Positions 1-13,421 of a stretch of DNA of 64,000 nucleotides are shown in pieces. The position numbers were made by a program, and so were the translations under genes. The DNA comes from Dendrobates tinctorius (lineage: Eukaryota): the NCBI RefSeq assembly GCF_039654945.1, contig NW_027361714.1, positions 43,896,001 through 43,960,000 of the forward strand, given 5' to 3'. Under the pieces are notes generated by a model. It was not told where the DNA came from, searched no databases, and saw nothing but the letters and a program-made list of their open reading frames with translations. Each line of letters begins with the position of its first letter. Positions within the stretch are counted from its first letter, which is position 1.

Positions 1-790
1 TTAGACATAATAAGCGGTAATAATGTCTTCCTCCACCTCCCCCTGTTCCTAAGGCCGTTATAAGTCCCCCTTCCTCAAATCCCAATACCCCACACCACTC
101 ACTGTCCTCCTCCTCCCACATCCCATTATTGTCCTCTCCCCCACCTCCATCATTTTCGTCTCTCCAACTATCTTTGCTTTCTCTCCCACCACTCCCATCA
201 TTACCCATTCCACCACCTCCATCATTTCCTCCTCCTCCACCATCCCCATTATTGCCATTTCCACCACCACCATCATTGCATTCTCCCCGACCACCCCCAT
301 CATTTATTTTTCCCCCACCACCCCATCATTGCCCTTTCTATCACCCCATCATTGCCTTCTCCCTATCACCCCCATCACTGCATTCTCCCCATCACTTCCA
401 TCATTGGGTTCTCCATCATCTCATCATTGCATTCTCCCCATTACTCCCATCATTGCCTTCTCCATCACCCCATCACTGCCTTCTCCCCATCACACCCATC
501 ATTGCCTTCTTCCCATCACCCCCATCATGACCTTCTCCAATCACCCCATCATGGCCTTCTCCAATCACCCCATCATGGCCTTCTCCATCACCTCCATCAT
601 GGCCTTCTCCCCATCATTGCCTTCTCCATCACTCCCATCATTGCCTTCTGCCCATCAATCCCATCATTGCATTCTCCCCATCACGGCCTTCTCCCATCAC
701 CCCATCATGGCCTTCTCCCATTACCCCATCATCCCAGGCATCATGGCCTTCTCCTCATGTCCACATCATATCATTGCCTTCTCCTCCAGG
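1..790. repeat. Low-complexity minisatellite of degenerate ~20-24 bp units (CCCCATCATTGCCTTCTC-like)
   Basis: ccccatcattgccttctcc / ccccatcatggccttctcc units recur throughout. The Pro/His-rich ORFs here are by-products. It may be the interior of a non-autonomous element ending near 1190. Confidence 0.85.
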
Positions 791-1396
791 GCCAGGCTCC
801 ACCTACACACACACAGACATACACACCACTTCTCTCCTCTCACCTGTCCGCAGCATCGCCCGCGCTTCCTCGCTCTGGCACAGAAGCGGCTGCTGAATGA
901 TGACGTCATCCAGCGGCGCTGCTCTCTGTGTCTGAGACAGGAAGCGCGGGCGGTGGCCAGGAGGCAGGACAGATCCTTGCAGCTCCGCTATTTTCTCTTG
1001 CAGGCAGCAGAGCTGCTGGGATCGCTCCCTGCCCACTGCACATGAGGGCAATCTGGCCAGGGGCCCTCGAAGCCTCGGGTCCGGAGAAACCGGCCAGATT
1101 GCCCTCATCTATAGCCGCCCTGCAGGGCCCCCTGGCGGCTCTGTGCCCCGGTGCAGTCGCACCGGTTGAACCAGCGGTTTGTCCGCCCATGCTTCAGAAG
1201 ATGAGAGGGACAGGAGGGAGGCAAGCAGCTAGCTGATGTATAAAAATCAACAGATTGGAGAAAGTTGTCTATGTTAAGAGTGAACCCCTCTCCTGGAATT
1301 TAACTACTGCACACTCTCGGACAGGATCTTGGCATGCCCTAGAGGCCAAGCTCCATGGAAATGAGCTGGATACTATAAAACCAAGAGCGGGGGAAC

Positions 1397-2048
1397 CAGG
1401 GCTGTGGAGTCGGAGTCGTGGAGTCGGAGTCGGTGCTCATTTTGGTGGAGTCGGAGTTGGAGTCGGTATAAAATGGACCGACTCCGACTCCTAAAATATA
1501 TAATAAATTGGGTACAGTAATTCAATGCAGGATGTGCTGAATATTTTTTCATAGGAGTTTGGGAAAGTTATGAAATGTCCTATAAATGGCTGTTATATTC
1601 CTGATCTAAGGCTACATTCACACACAGCGTTTTTCCTGTGTTTTTTGAGGATATGTTTTTCAGCTGCAAAAGCTGATCATCTTTTTAAAAAACTGCATCA
1701 CCTGAAAGGTTTTTGAGCTCATAGATAATGTTTTCAATAGCAAAAGCAGATTAGAAATCTGCTCTATCTATCCATTTATCCATATCTGTCTATCCATATC
1801 GTATCTGTACCAAAAAGAATGAAAACCGGGTAGTACACCAATATATATTCTGTTCTATATAAATATCTTGATTATTGGATCATAAAAATGATTAAATGTC
1901 TGAGGTTCACATTGTACTACAATAAATTTTTCACTTAAATATAAGCAATATGTGTGGGAGTCGGAGTCGTGGAGTCGGAGTTGGTGTAAGGGAAATTGAG
2001 GAGTCGGAGTCAGAGTCGCAGGTTTGGCTTACCGACTCCACAGCCCTG
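1397..2048 (+). mobile_element. hAT-type MITE (copy 1)
   Basis: TIRs cagggctgtggagtcgg / ccgactccacagccctg; perfect 8-bp TSD gggggaac (1389-1396 and 2049-2056); GGAGTC subterminal repeats. Confidence 0.92.
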
Positions 2049-2324
2049 GGGGGAACAACCTAAAGCCCATGGGCAGATTCCTGGTGACCGCAGTGATCGA
2101 GCTGGCAACCATGTGTTTCCCATCTGCCAAGTCCTTTAATTCCTCTCTACACTGCAAGCACGCCGTATTCACTACCGAATGCTGAAGCAAATGCAATGAA
2201 GTAATAGGTCTTAAAGCTGGCCAGTGCCAGAATGTTCTTTTCTTTGTTGGCGGAATTAGCGTGCTCTGCACTCCCAACCTTCTGATGATGAAGTAAGCAG
2301 TCGCAATGCCTCGTATGATGCATT

Positions 2325-2631
2325 TACACCAGCCCCACTGTTGCCTATGAAATGCATATACACCAGCCTGCCTGTCTCCTATGTAATGTATGAACCAGCC
2401 CCACTGTCACTTATCAAGTGATGTATATACACCAGCCCCACTGTCACCTATGTAATGCAAGTACACCAGCCCCAAGTGGCTAGTATATGATGCATATACA
2501 CCAGTCCCAGCCCTAGAGTCTCCAATATGATGTATATACACAAGTCCCAGTGTCTCTTATGTGATGCAATGCACCAGTCTCGGTGTCTCCTATGTGATGT
2601 GTACAGCAGTCTCATTGTCTCCTATGTGATG
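2325..2631. repeat. Degenerate ~35-bp tandem repeat, resuming at 3494-3570 after the Tc1 insertion
   Basis: Recurring acaccagccccactgtc.cctatgtgatgtat units on both sides of the 2634-3493 element. Confidence 0.7.
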
Positions 2632-2633
2632 TA

Positions 2634-3493
2634 CAGTCATATGTTAAAGTTTGGGCACCCCTATTAATGTTAACCTTTTTTCTTTATAACAATTTTGGTT
2701 TTTGCAACAGCTATTTCAGTTTCATATATCTAATAACTGATGGACTCAGTTATATTTCTGGATTCAAATGAGGTTTATTGTACTAACAGAAAATGTGCAA
2801 TCTGCATTTAAACAAAATTTGACCGGTGCAAAAGTATGGGCACCCTTATCATTTTCTTGATTTGAACACTCCTAACTGCTTTTTACTGACTTCCTGAAGC
2901 ACTAAATTGGTTTTGTAACCTCATTGAGCTTTGAACTTCATAGCCAGGTGTATCAAATCACGAGAAAAGGTATTTAAGGTGGTCAACACCGCTCCAAATC
3001 TACTCAGGCATTCATGCAGAGGAACAATTACAATGTTCTGGAATGGCCATCCCAGTCCCCAGACCTGAATATCATTGAACATCTGTGGGATGATTTGAAG
3101 CGGGCTGTCCATGCTCGGCGACCATCAAACTTAACTGAACTGGAATTGTTTTGTAAACAGGAATGGTCACAAATACCTTCATCCAGGATCCATGAACTCA
3201 TTAATAGCTACAGGAAGCGACTAGAGGCTGTTATTTTTGCAAAAGGAGGATCTACGAAATATTAATGTCACTTTTATGTTGAGGTGCCCTTACTTTTGCA
3301 CCGGTCAATTTTTGTTTAAATGCAGATTGCACGTTTTCTGTTAGTACTATAAACCTCATTTGATTCCAGAAATATAACTGAGTCCATCAGTTATTAGATA
3401 TATGAAACTGAAATAGCTGTTGCAAAAACCTAAATTGTTATAAAGAAAAAAGGTTAACATTAATAGGGGTGCCCAAACTTTAACATATGACTG
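2634..3493 (+). mobile_element. Internally deleted Tc1-family element with long (~200 bp) TIRs
   Basis: TA|cagtcatatgttaaagtttgggcacccc ... ggggtgcccaaactttaacatatgactg|TA. Only the transposase C-terminus remains (3014-3265: WPSQSPDLNIIEHLW...GGSTKY). Confidence 0.93.
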
Positions 3494-5353
3494 TATATGC
3501 ACCAGTCCGGGTGCCTTCAATGTGATTATATACAGCAGTCTTGGTGTCCTTCAAGTGATGTATACTAGTGACCTCCCAGTGCTTGAGTTCTATAAATGTA
3601 ACGTGAGCAGCGATGAATTTCTCACTGTGAGACTTGCAGTGAAATATACATCTGTGTTCAGAACAATCTACTTATGTGAGTAGTTTTTTACAAAACATAT
3701 CGCAAAGAGTCGACTGCGTTACAGACCAACACAAACCTGAACCAGTTCAGAGTAGCAACATTATTAATACCACCTAAGATCACACGTCTCACCAAAGAGA
3801 AGCGATTCCAGCCATCACACTAGGGGTGAGTTCATTATATAGCATGATCATTTCCAAATTGATAATTTTGCAAGGGGCTCAAATGAGGTTATAAATATTA
3901 AAATAGCCTCTGGCAGAAAAAGGTTCCCCACCACTGCTATGAAAGATAAAATCTCTCATTGTTGGAGAATGACAGCTGATAGAAAAAGCAAGTCAATTGT
4001 AAACTTGCTTATTTTTCATACTGTCTAATTAAAGCAATTTAAGAATGCACAAACACCCCTATAGTGCTAAAAAAATAAAGACGTTCCAGCCTAAAGAATT
4101 AGGTTCTCAGATAGCATATAGATTTTCATATAGTTTACGTTAGAAGATGGTGATATATGAACATAAGAAATGTCAGTACACAGTGCTTCTTGTCTGTCAC
4201 CTATTTCCATGAGGGAAAGAGGAGTGGGGCATGTTGGATTTCATTTGGTCTGATGCATTGTTACCACTAGAGATACGTCACAGCGCTTATCATCTCCCCA
4301 CTAAAATACATATCCTATTCACTTTACTGGGAGAAGGTGCTTATGTCACCATCTCTCCAGCACAATCAGCATAATACAGATTATATAGATTTTTGCGGGT
4401 TTGACTTTGTGTAAAATTGTAACAATTGGAGACTTCTTAAGGCTTTGGCCACTTATGTGCCGATTATCCGTCCCTTCTAACGTCAAGTAAGAAGGCCACA
4501 TCTTCAACTACCCAGTGCAGGCTGAGAATTCCCCCAACTCTTGGAATGGGTAGCGCTACGTCCATGAAGTGTGCCACTGACTACCATTACACACAGTGTA
4601 TCATGCAGCCTAAGAAATACTATTAGTGGAATGGCATGTGGTCCAAGAACTGGAGGCAGAAGCAAAAGGAGGGCACCAGGTAGCTTTACCAAATAATTCC
4701 CTTCTACCTTACATTGTTAGGTCACATTGGAGGACCACTTTAACGACACTTCAAATTTACAAAAAGTATCATTTGGAAAAAACCCTTGCAAAAAAAGAAT
4801 CTGATGGGTCTGCAGATCTGAGTTCCCATTGCAGTCCTCATTATTATCTTATGAGGTTTTCTATGCTTAGAAGGGGAATAGCAGGGATAACCAAAGTGCA
4901 ACAGCAAAGGGCCTAGGCTGTAACTACTTTTCCATATGCAGCGATGAATACACTTGTGATACGGCAAAGACCAGATACGGTTATTCAGGTAGTCAGGCTG
5001 GGGCTTTCTCAGAGACTTTGAACAGTTTCAGTCTGTCTGTACACCATACTCAGAACGCTGCTGCGTAAATATTCAGAGAACATTAGGGTTTTTCAAAGAA
5101 GAAAGCATGCCGAGCGCAAAGCGCACATTTACTAATAGTTACAAAACAAGGCCACCTACAAGCATGGGGAAAGTAGGTTTTCACCCAGCAACTGCAAAAG
5201 CAGACAACAGTAAGCTAAATGGCCATAAAAGAGGTGGTCTCATCTTATCAGATCGGTCAGATTGCAAAGTGATAGCAAAAACAAGTAACATTGCAATTTA
5301 TCACGTATTAAAAATCCTCTCTGTTCTCATGCATGCAGGGAACTTTAATTCTG

Positions 5354-5558
5354 CAGGGTGGGCCATTTATATGGATACACCTTTGTGGGCCATTTATAGG
5401 GATACACCTAAATAAAATGGGACTGGTTGGTGATATCAACTTCCTGTTTGTGGCACATTAGTATCTGGGAGGGGAAAACTTTTCAAGATGGGTGGTGACC
5501 ATGGCGGTCATTTTAAAAATGGCCCACCCAGATGTATCCATATAAATGGCCCACCCTG
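5354..5558. mobile_element. Tc1/mariner-type MITE
   Basis: TIRs cagggtgggccatttatatggatac / gtatccatataaatggcccaccctg, followed by TA. Confidence 0.7.
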
Positions 5559-6590
5559 TATAGTTCCAGCTTATTGCCAAAGTTACCAGCCGCATCTGCA
5601 GTCTATGGGTGCGTCCCCACGATCAGGAGTTGTAGCGTTTTGGACGCAGCACATTTCACTGCATCTGTCTGTTAGAACTCTACAGATTTACCGCATCTAA
5701 TGACAGTCTATTCAGGGACAGTACAGAAGAGACTAGTGTCCCCACTACAGAAAGTAACACCGCAGGTCACTTTCCACCGAGATAAGAAGAAGCACAGCAG
5801 GTGTGGGGTTTGTATAAATTCCATCCACTGTACTTGGAATGTAAAACGCAGCGAGAATACACTGCGCCCAAAACGCTACTCTTCCTGTGCATGGGCACCC
5901 AGCCAGAGGAGACTGGTCTCCTAGGCAAAGAGCGGGCAGTTGTAAGCGGTTTCCAGTACAGCTTGTAAGCGCTGCCCTGCTTGCTGGATACGGCCAGCTT
6001 CAGTCAAAGTGCTCCTAGGGTGTTGCAGAGGCAAACCGCAGCCTCGGCCAGCAGCATCAGAGGGCGCACAGTTCAGGCCACCAAACTGTGAAACTTATGA
6101 GCAAACTACAAAAGGCACATTTGTCATTTTAGCAGTAGGCTAATCGGAACCCACTCTTCTCAGCAAGAAATATACAAATGGAGTAAATATACATCCCGAA
6201 GACACGTAGGCCACCATCCAGAGGAGGACGTCACTGTAATCCAGGAGTAAGGAAGGATTTATAGCGACAAGTGGGGCAATTCCAGATGGAACACATCTAA
6301 AGGCACGCAGGGAAATTCACACACATCCACGTACAAAGACATACCCATTCATACACTAACACCCTCATTCCCTGACTCCTCCGCTTCCAGCCCCAAAAGA
6401 AGTAGTACAATAATGGGAATCTGGAAGCAGGTTTTTGTTATGTAATCCAAAAGCTGCACAATATCGGGCAAGAAAGCCTTATTCAAGTGATATATCACTT
6501 ACTGGACTGCTTGGTGTTGTATTGATAAAATCCCCATTTTATCTGGTCATATTGCTAAATTGTGTCTCTGATTGGCATCTTCTTGTATAT

Positions 6591-6807
6591 TGAAAAATGC
6601 AAAGATAGATGGCGGGCACCGTCACATAGATCCACACCTCCGAACCGTACTTAGTATGTGTGAGAGAGACGCAGCCGGCAATTAACTGTTAACCCTTAGG
6701 TGCACATTCATGAAAAATAAGCAAATCCAGATTGCAAAAATGTAGAAAGAATGGCACTCACCGGGTAAAGTTTACCCAGTGAGTGCCATTATTTCTACAT
6801 TTTTGCA
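6591..6807. mobile_element. Short insertion with 14-bp TSD and terminal palindrome (Penelope-like remnant) inside a T2/Kolobok-type MITE (~6410-7050)
   Basis: atcttcttgtatat is duplicated at 6577-6590 and 6808-6821; ~80-bp hairpin at 6729-6811. Confidence 0.55.
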
Positions 6808-8945
6808 ATCTTCTTGTATATACTATGCATTGTGAACAAGCTACTAATCAGTGGTGGTGCGGGGTTATACAGATTAGCTGGTGTGCTGTGCACATGAGAA
6901 CTAGTCCTGCAGTGATAATCTCCTGCAGATAAAACATTGATTTTATTGAAACAACAGCACACAGCCTAATAAGTGACCCATCCTTGGAATCAGGCAGGCG
7001 CTCTTGTCCTATATTTATAGCAAAATCCTGTTGACAGATTCTCTTAAGTAACAAACCAACGGTAATGAACCCTATTAACTATTAAGCTAGGGGGGCACAT
7101 CAATTGTTGACTCCGTAGTGACCAGACCCTCTCAAATATTGAGAATATATTTACTGTTATTTAAAGGGCTGTCCTTAATTAGAAAACATGCCATCCTTGT
7201 CCCTGGGCTGCGTCTATCGTCCCCATTCAATAGAAGGTGCTTTCTTCGAATTCTAGATAATTCCTCTAAAGATAAAATGGCAAACTACTTCACAGACCTT
7301 TTGCCTTCATCTTCCTCAAGATCAAAAAAGCAGGGTAACAGGATGGACTTGATGGACCCATTTTTTTAAGCTTAGGGGAGAGGTTCACAAGATGTGGGAA
7401 AAATGAAAATGTAGGAAATCCAAACTGCGCTCAGCTTGCCAATCCCTCGCTGCGCTATAGCAATGGTTTCCAGCCTTCAAACAATGACGTTTTTTTAAAG
7501 CAAGACAATGCCACCCGTGAATGTCTACGGTGGTATCACAACTACAGTATATGTCACTGATTGAGACTGGCACACAACAAAGACTGATGGTGATCTGGGG
7601 AAGCATTTGGGTTTCAGTCATGGGGACGGCGCTGCTGCGGGTTCAGTCACCGCTCTGTGTATAGAGAGCGGTGACTGTAGCCACGCCTCCGGCACTAACT
7701 GACAGCAGCTCAGCATTAGCGCAGCTGACAATCAGTGCCGGGGGCAAAATTACAGTTGCCACTCTCTATACAAAGAGTGGTAAAGGAAACCTAGCCGGTG
7801 CCACCGCATGACTTAAACCTGAACACTACCGGGAGGAATAAAGTTCATTTCCTCCTGGCAGTGGGGCTCTCAGTGCAGGCACTGGGCAAATTCAGAACAC
7901 TATTAACCTGCAGATTAACACCATATCTGCATGTTAATAGTGGTTTTTTCATGAGACAGGATCCATTCAATAGGTGCAGAAATTTTGCAACATCAAAAAC
8001 TCACCAAAAACTCATCGTGAGAACACAGCCGAAAATAATGTTCTACTTGAAACGCTTTGGAACTACACCCGGCTGCAAATGTATCGTATGGGCAGCAGAA
8101 ATCAGATGACAGCTTCCCTTTAACAGATTTTAGGCTAAAATGTTGAAAACTAACATTCACATTTTCATTTTTTTTTTTATTACAAGAAGTTAAAACCAGG
8201 GCTGTGGAGTTGGAGCTAGTTTTGGAAGACGGACTCCAGCTATCAGAAAATAGATCATGAGTTTGTAATACTGGTTAATTAACTTAATAACTTTCATGGG
8301 AACACTGACATCTAGAAATATTCTTCCAATATAAATATATCGCATGTTTTATCAATCTGACCAGAAAAACACAGATACTGGTGGCTACCATTATACCACA
8401 GTAAATTTGTTAAAGATTAATCACTGGCCATTTATGAAGGACTCAGGAAGGAAAAACAGAGGAGTCCAAGAGAATGAAAATTGGTTTCTCGTCCATCATT
8501 TTACTTTGCGAAAGTCAATGACTGAAAAAGAAATAAGTTCAGTTCACCTCTCATAACACAATGAATTCATGAGTGAAAAGATGAGGAAACCTGGGATGGA
8601 AGCAGATCAGGAAAAAAACGTGTTGGGCAGTCACTGACTTCAGATCGGAAAAAATCATTAGAAAAATCCAGCACTTACCGTCGGCTCCGTACTGATGCGC
8701 TGCTGAGCCGACTGTCAGCCATAGTTGGGGAGTGGTTACTCCCGCTCAGTGGTGTCAGCTGTGACTGTTATTTCTACTAATACACCCGCATGAGGGAATG
8801 TCGATGGTCCCCTGGAGAAATAAAGTTCATTTTCTCCCGGGTGCTGCACTTTCAGTACAGTGACCGGGTACCTTCATAACACGGATTACCCCTATATCTG
8901 CAGGTTTATAGCGTTATCGTACCGCGTGATAAAGGGTAAAACATA

Positions 8946-9176
8946 GGGGCATCACAGTGGCTCAGTCATTAGTGCTGGGTTCAATTGCCCCGCAAGGAGT
9001 TTGTATGTTCTCTTCATATTTGTGAGGGTTTCCTCCGGGTTCACCGTTTCCTCCCACACGCCAAACACATACGAATAGGAAATTTAGATTGTGAGCCCCA
9101 ATGGGGACAGTGATGAAGATGTCTGTAAAGTGCTATGGAAATTAATGGCGAGAAAAAAATAAATAAATAATAAAAT
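8946..9176 (+). mobile_element. tRNA-derived V-SINE-like SINE
   Basis: tRNA-like head (gtggctcagt...gggttcaat), V-domain-like ggagtttgtatgttctc...gggtttcctccgggt...tttcctcccac, L2-like tail tagattgtgagcccc...tgtaaagtgct, A-rich (aata)n end. Confidence 0.8.
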
Positions 9177-10033
9177 GGGATAAGGGTACCAAGGTTGACC
9201 CTTTCTTCCAGAAACCCCTACCTAGTTTATATAACGACAAAGATCTAGCTGATATACTAGAACTGTGATGTTCCTTTTCTGGTAAAAGAGATGTTACTCT
9301 TGTCAACCAGTTTATATCATAAGCCTAACACCAACATGGTCGGATATTTGTAATTTTTACACGTGCGGCAGACCCAAGTGTGTCCTCTGTACATACGTCC
9401 GCAAGACAAAAAAAACACTCCCCTATGCAACACAATAAAAGAATGTGTCACATAACATGGAATTAATTGCAGTTCCCCTAATGCTCTATCATGCAGTGAC
9501 GAGTGTCGCTTACAATATTGTGAGATGTCCTGTCACAGATTAGTAGAGATGCTGCTAACACCACCACATGGAATGTATCCGCAGCAGCGCAGCATTTTAT
9601 ACAACATCATAATGGCCGCCTAAACATTATTCCCTTTCTAGATTAATGAAGATAGTACAAAGGTGAAGAATTGGAAAAACAATTTTACCTTGCATTTTGT
9701 TCATTTCAAGCCAGTGACAATATCGACCACCTGGGGGAGCTAGCGGGCTAAAAATAATCCAAAACACAAAACGGACCTGTGTATAGATATAGGATGTTCC
9801 CTACGTATTTTACATGAATAGTCTTTTCTGCCTACACAAGTATAATATGGATCACAGAAAATTATGGAAATGAATGGTATGTTTGGATCCACCACCAGCC
9901 TAATGCTGACTGTCCTCTGACAGAACACATCAAGACATAATGGTCGGACAATTTGAAGACTCGACCCTTTTGTTCCCCAGGAGCTAAGGCAATATCATGG
10001 CTATTTGACAGCAGCTTTCTCACTTCTTAAGTA

Positions 10034-11147
10034 CTAGATTATGGCCCGATGCCATCGCATCGGGAGGATGCGATAGCATCACACCTCTTGCCATGTTAAC
10101 CCTCAACACACACACTCCTCTCACCTTTCACCATCTCCACTCACTCTTTCACTCCACATACGACCCCTTCTCTCACTCCGTCTCTCATACTCACGCCATC
10201 ATCGCCGCTGCTCCATGATCCCCGACATCATCTTCCGCCGCCGCCATCCTGGATCCAGACGTTGTCCACGCCGGCGACATGTTCTTGCGGCGACGCCATC
10301 TTGAGTATCGTGAAATCCCGCGATACTCAAGATGGCGTCGCCGGAAGAACATGTCGCCGGCGTGGACGACATCGGGATCCAAAATGGCGTCGGCGAAATC
10401 TCTCGAGTTTTCGCCGACGCCATTTTGGATCCCGACGTCGTCCTCACCGGCGACATGTTCTTGCGGCGACGCCATCTTGAGTATCGCGGGATTTCGCCGA
10501 TCCAAAATAGCATCGCCGCAGGAACATGTCGCCGGCGTGGATGCCATCGGGATCCAAAATGGCGTCGGCGAAATCTCGCGAGATTTCGCCGACGCCATTT
10601 TGGATCCCGACGTCGTCCTCACCGGCGACATGTTCTTGCGGCGACGCCATCTTGAGTATCGCGGGATTTCGCCGATCCAAAATAGCATCGCCGCAGGAAC
10701 ATGTCGCCGGCGTGGATGCCATCGGGATCCAAAATGGCGTCGGCGAAATCTCGCGAGATTTCGCCGACGCCATTTTGGATCCTGACGTCCTCCACACCGG
10801 CGACATATTCTTGCGGCGACACCATCTTGACTATCGCGGGATTTCGCCGATCCAAAATGGCGTCGCCGCAAGAACATGTCGCCGGCGTGGAGGACGTCTG
10901 GATCCAAAATGGCGCCGGCGGAAGATGTCGGGAATCGTGGATCAGCGGCGATGATGGCGTGAGTATGAGAGACGGAGTGAGAGAAGGGGTCGTATGTGGA
11001 GTGAAAGAGTGAGTGGAGATGGTGAAAGGTGAGTGGAGTGTGTGTGTTGAGGGTTAACATGGAAAGAGGTGTGCGGTGACGTCACCGGTTACAACTGGAC
11101 GGAAGTTGTTACAACCGGAAGCTGCTTAGGGCATTTATTATTATAGA
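10034..11147 (-). mobile_element. Non-autonomous Helitron with ~1-kb internal palindrome
   Basis: On the minus strand it starts A|TCTATAATAATAA and ends with hairpin cccgatgc-gatg-gcatcggg followed by ccataatCTAG|T. It sits between A and T with no TSD, the canonical Helitron termini. Confidence 0.88.
10080..11073. repeat. CpG-rich palindrome with internal 175-bp tandem units that are themselves palindromic
   Basis: Arms at 10080-~10300 and ~10850-11073 are reverse complements. The gatcc(c/t)gacgtc motif recurs at 10428, 10603 and 10778 (period 175). Confidence 0.9.
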
Positions 11148-11285
11148 TGGAAGAGTCTGGAGAAATAGCTGATGGATAAATGGGGCCATCAGCTACAGCT
11201 CCGTCCCCTTCACAACCTTCCTTGCGCAGCACGACTGGGTGGGCCAAGCGAGCCACTGTGCATGGACATCTAGGAAAAGGACATA

Positions 11286-12912
11286 CAGTGGGTATGGAAA
11301 GTATTCAGACCCCTTTACATTTTTCATTCGTCGCTTCATTGCAGCCATTTGGTAAATTCAAAAAAGGTCTTTTTTTTCTAATTAATGTACACTGCACCTC
11401 ATACTGACTGAAAAAAAACAGAAATATAGAAATTGTTGCAAATGTATTAAAAAAGAAAAACTGAAATATCACATGGTCATAAGTATTCAGACCCTTTGCT
11501 CAGACACTCATATTTAAGTCACATGCTGTCCATTTCCTTGTGATTCTCCTTGAGATGGTTCTACTCCTTCATTGGAGTCCAGCTGTGTTTAATTAAACTG
11601 ATAGGACTTGATTTGTAAAGACACACACTTGTCTATATAAGATCTCACAGCTCATAGTGCATGTCAGACCAAATGAGAATCATGAGGTCAAAGGAACTGG
11701 CCAAGGAGCTCAGAGACAGAATTGTGGCAAGGCACACATCTAACCAAGGTTAAAAAGAATTTCTGAAGTACTCAAGGTTCCTAAGAGCACAGTGGCCTCC
11801 ATAATCCTTAAATGGAAGAAGTTTGGGACCATCGCAAATCTTCCTAGACCTGGTCGTCCAGCAAAACTGAGCAATCGTAGAAGAGCCTTGGTGAGAGAGG
11901 TAAAGAAGAACCCCAAGTTCACTGTGGCTGAGCTCAACAGATGCAGTAGGGAGATGGGAGAAAGTTCCACAAAGTCAACTATCACTGCAGCCCTCCACCA
12001 GTTGGGCCTTTATGGCAGAGTGGTCCAACACAAGCCTCTCCTCAGTGCAAAACATATGAAAGCCCATATAGAGTTTGCTAAAAAACACATGAAGGACTCC
12101 CAGACTATGAGAAATAATATTCTCTGGTCTGATGAGATGAACATAGAACTTTTTGGTAATAATTCTCAGCGGTACGTGTGGAGAAAACCAGACACTGCTC
12201 ATCACCCGCCCAATACAATCCCAACAGTGAAACATGGTGGTAGCGGCATCATGCTATGGGGGTGTTTTTGTGCTGCAGGGACAATATGACTAGTTGCCAT
12301 TGAAGGAAACATGAATGCGGCCAAGTACAGAGATATCCTGGATGAAAACCTCTTCCAGAGCGCTCTGGACCTCCGGCTTGGCTGACGGTTCACCTTCCAA
12401 CAAGACAATGACCCTAAGCACACAGCTAGAATAACAAAGGAGTGGCTTCAGAACAACTCTATGACCATTCTTGACTGGCCCAGCCAGAGCCCTGACCCAA
12501 ACCCAATTGAGCATCTCTGGAGAGACCTGAAAATGGCTGTCCACCAATGTTCACCATCAAACCTGACGGAACTGGAGAGGATCTGCAAGGAAGAATGGCA
12601 AAGGATCCCCAAATCCAGGTGTGAAAAACTTGTTGCATCATTCCCTAGAAGACTCATGGCTGTACTAGCTCAAAAGGGTGCTTCTACTCAATACTGAGCA
12701 AAGGGTCTGAATACTTATGGCCATGCGATATTTCAGTTTTTCTTTTTTAATACATTTACCAAAATTTCTACATTTATGTTTTTTCAGTGAAGATGGGATG
12801 CACAGTGTACATTAATGAGAAAAAAAATGAACTTTTTTGAATTTATCAAATGGCTGCAATGAAACAAAGAGTGACAAATTTAAAGGGGTCTGAATACTTT
12901 CCGTGCCCACTG
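11286..12912 (+). mobile_element. Full-length degenerate Tc1 transposon
   Basis: TA|cagtgggtatggaaagtattcagacccc ... ggggtctgaatactttccgtgcccactg|TA; ~1.63 kb with long TIRs. Confidence 0.95.
11682..12697 (+). pseudogene. Tc1 (DD34E) transposase pseudogene
   Basis: MRSKEL start, GRPAKL, LWSDE, TVKHGGSGIMLWGCF, QQDNDPKH, WPSQSPDPNPIEHLW, KGASTQY; in-frame stops and a frameshift. Confidence 0.92.
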
Positions 12913-12982
12913 TAGCTCTAAATTAACTCCTTCATTTCCAGTAGTGGTGACGGTTTAATGATAAAGTCACACTAACCATTAA

Positions 12983-13417
12983 AGGGAACCTGTAGTGTGA
13001 ATAAAACACTATTAACCTGCAGATATGGGGTTAATCTGCACGTTATTAGCGTTCTGAACATGCCTGGTGCCTGCACCTAGATCCCAGCTGCAGGGGCAGT
13101 GTTCGGGTTTCAGTCACAGGGGCGGTGACAGCACAGGTTCAGTTAATGCTCTGTATATAGAGAGCGGCAGCTGTAACCGCGTCCCTGGCAATGACTGACA
13201 ACCGGTTCCAATGATGAGCTGCTGTCAGTCAGGGCCGGGGGGAGCGGTTAAATCTGCCGCTCTCTATACTCAGAGCGGTGACTGAACCAACGCTGGCGCT
13301 GCCCCCGTGACTGAAACCTGAACACTGCTGGGGGAATAAAGCTAATTGAGCCGGGTCAGAATGCTACTAAGGTGCAGATTAATCCCACATGCAGGTTTTT
13401 CACATGACAGGTTCCCT
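12983..13417. mobile_element. T2/Kolobok-type MITE
   Basis: TTAA|agggaacctgt ... acaggttccct|TTAA; internally palindromic; related fragments at ~7600-7980, ~8700-8910 and ~32920-33050. Confidence 0.8.
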
Positions 13418-13421
13418 TTAA

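Noticed and set aside
58-1236. Pro/His/Ser-rich ORFs
   Set aside because: Translations of a low-complexity minisatellite.
10191-11060. Many overlapping ORFs on both strands
   Set aside because: They arise from a GC-rich palindromic repeat depleted of stop codons.
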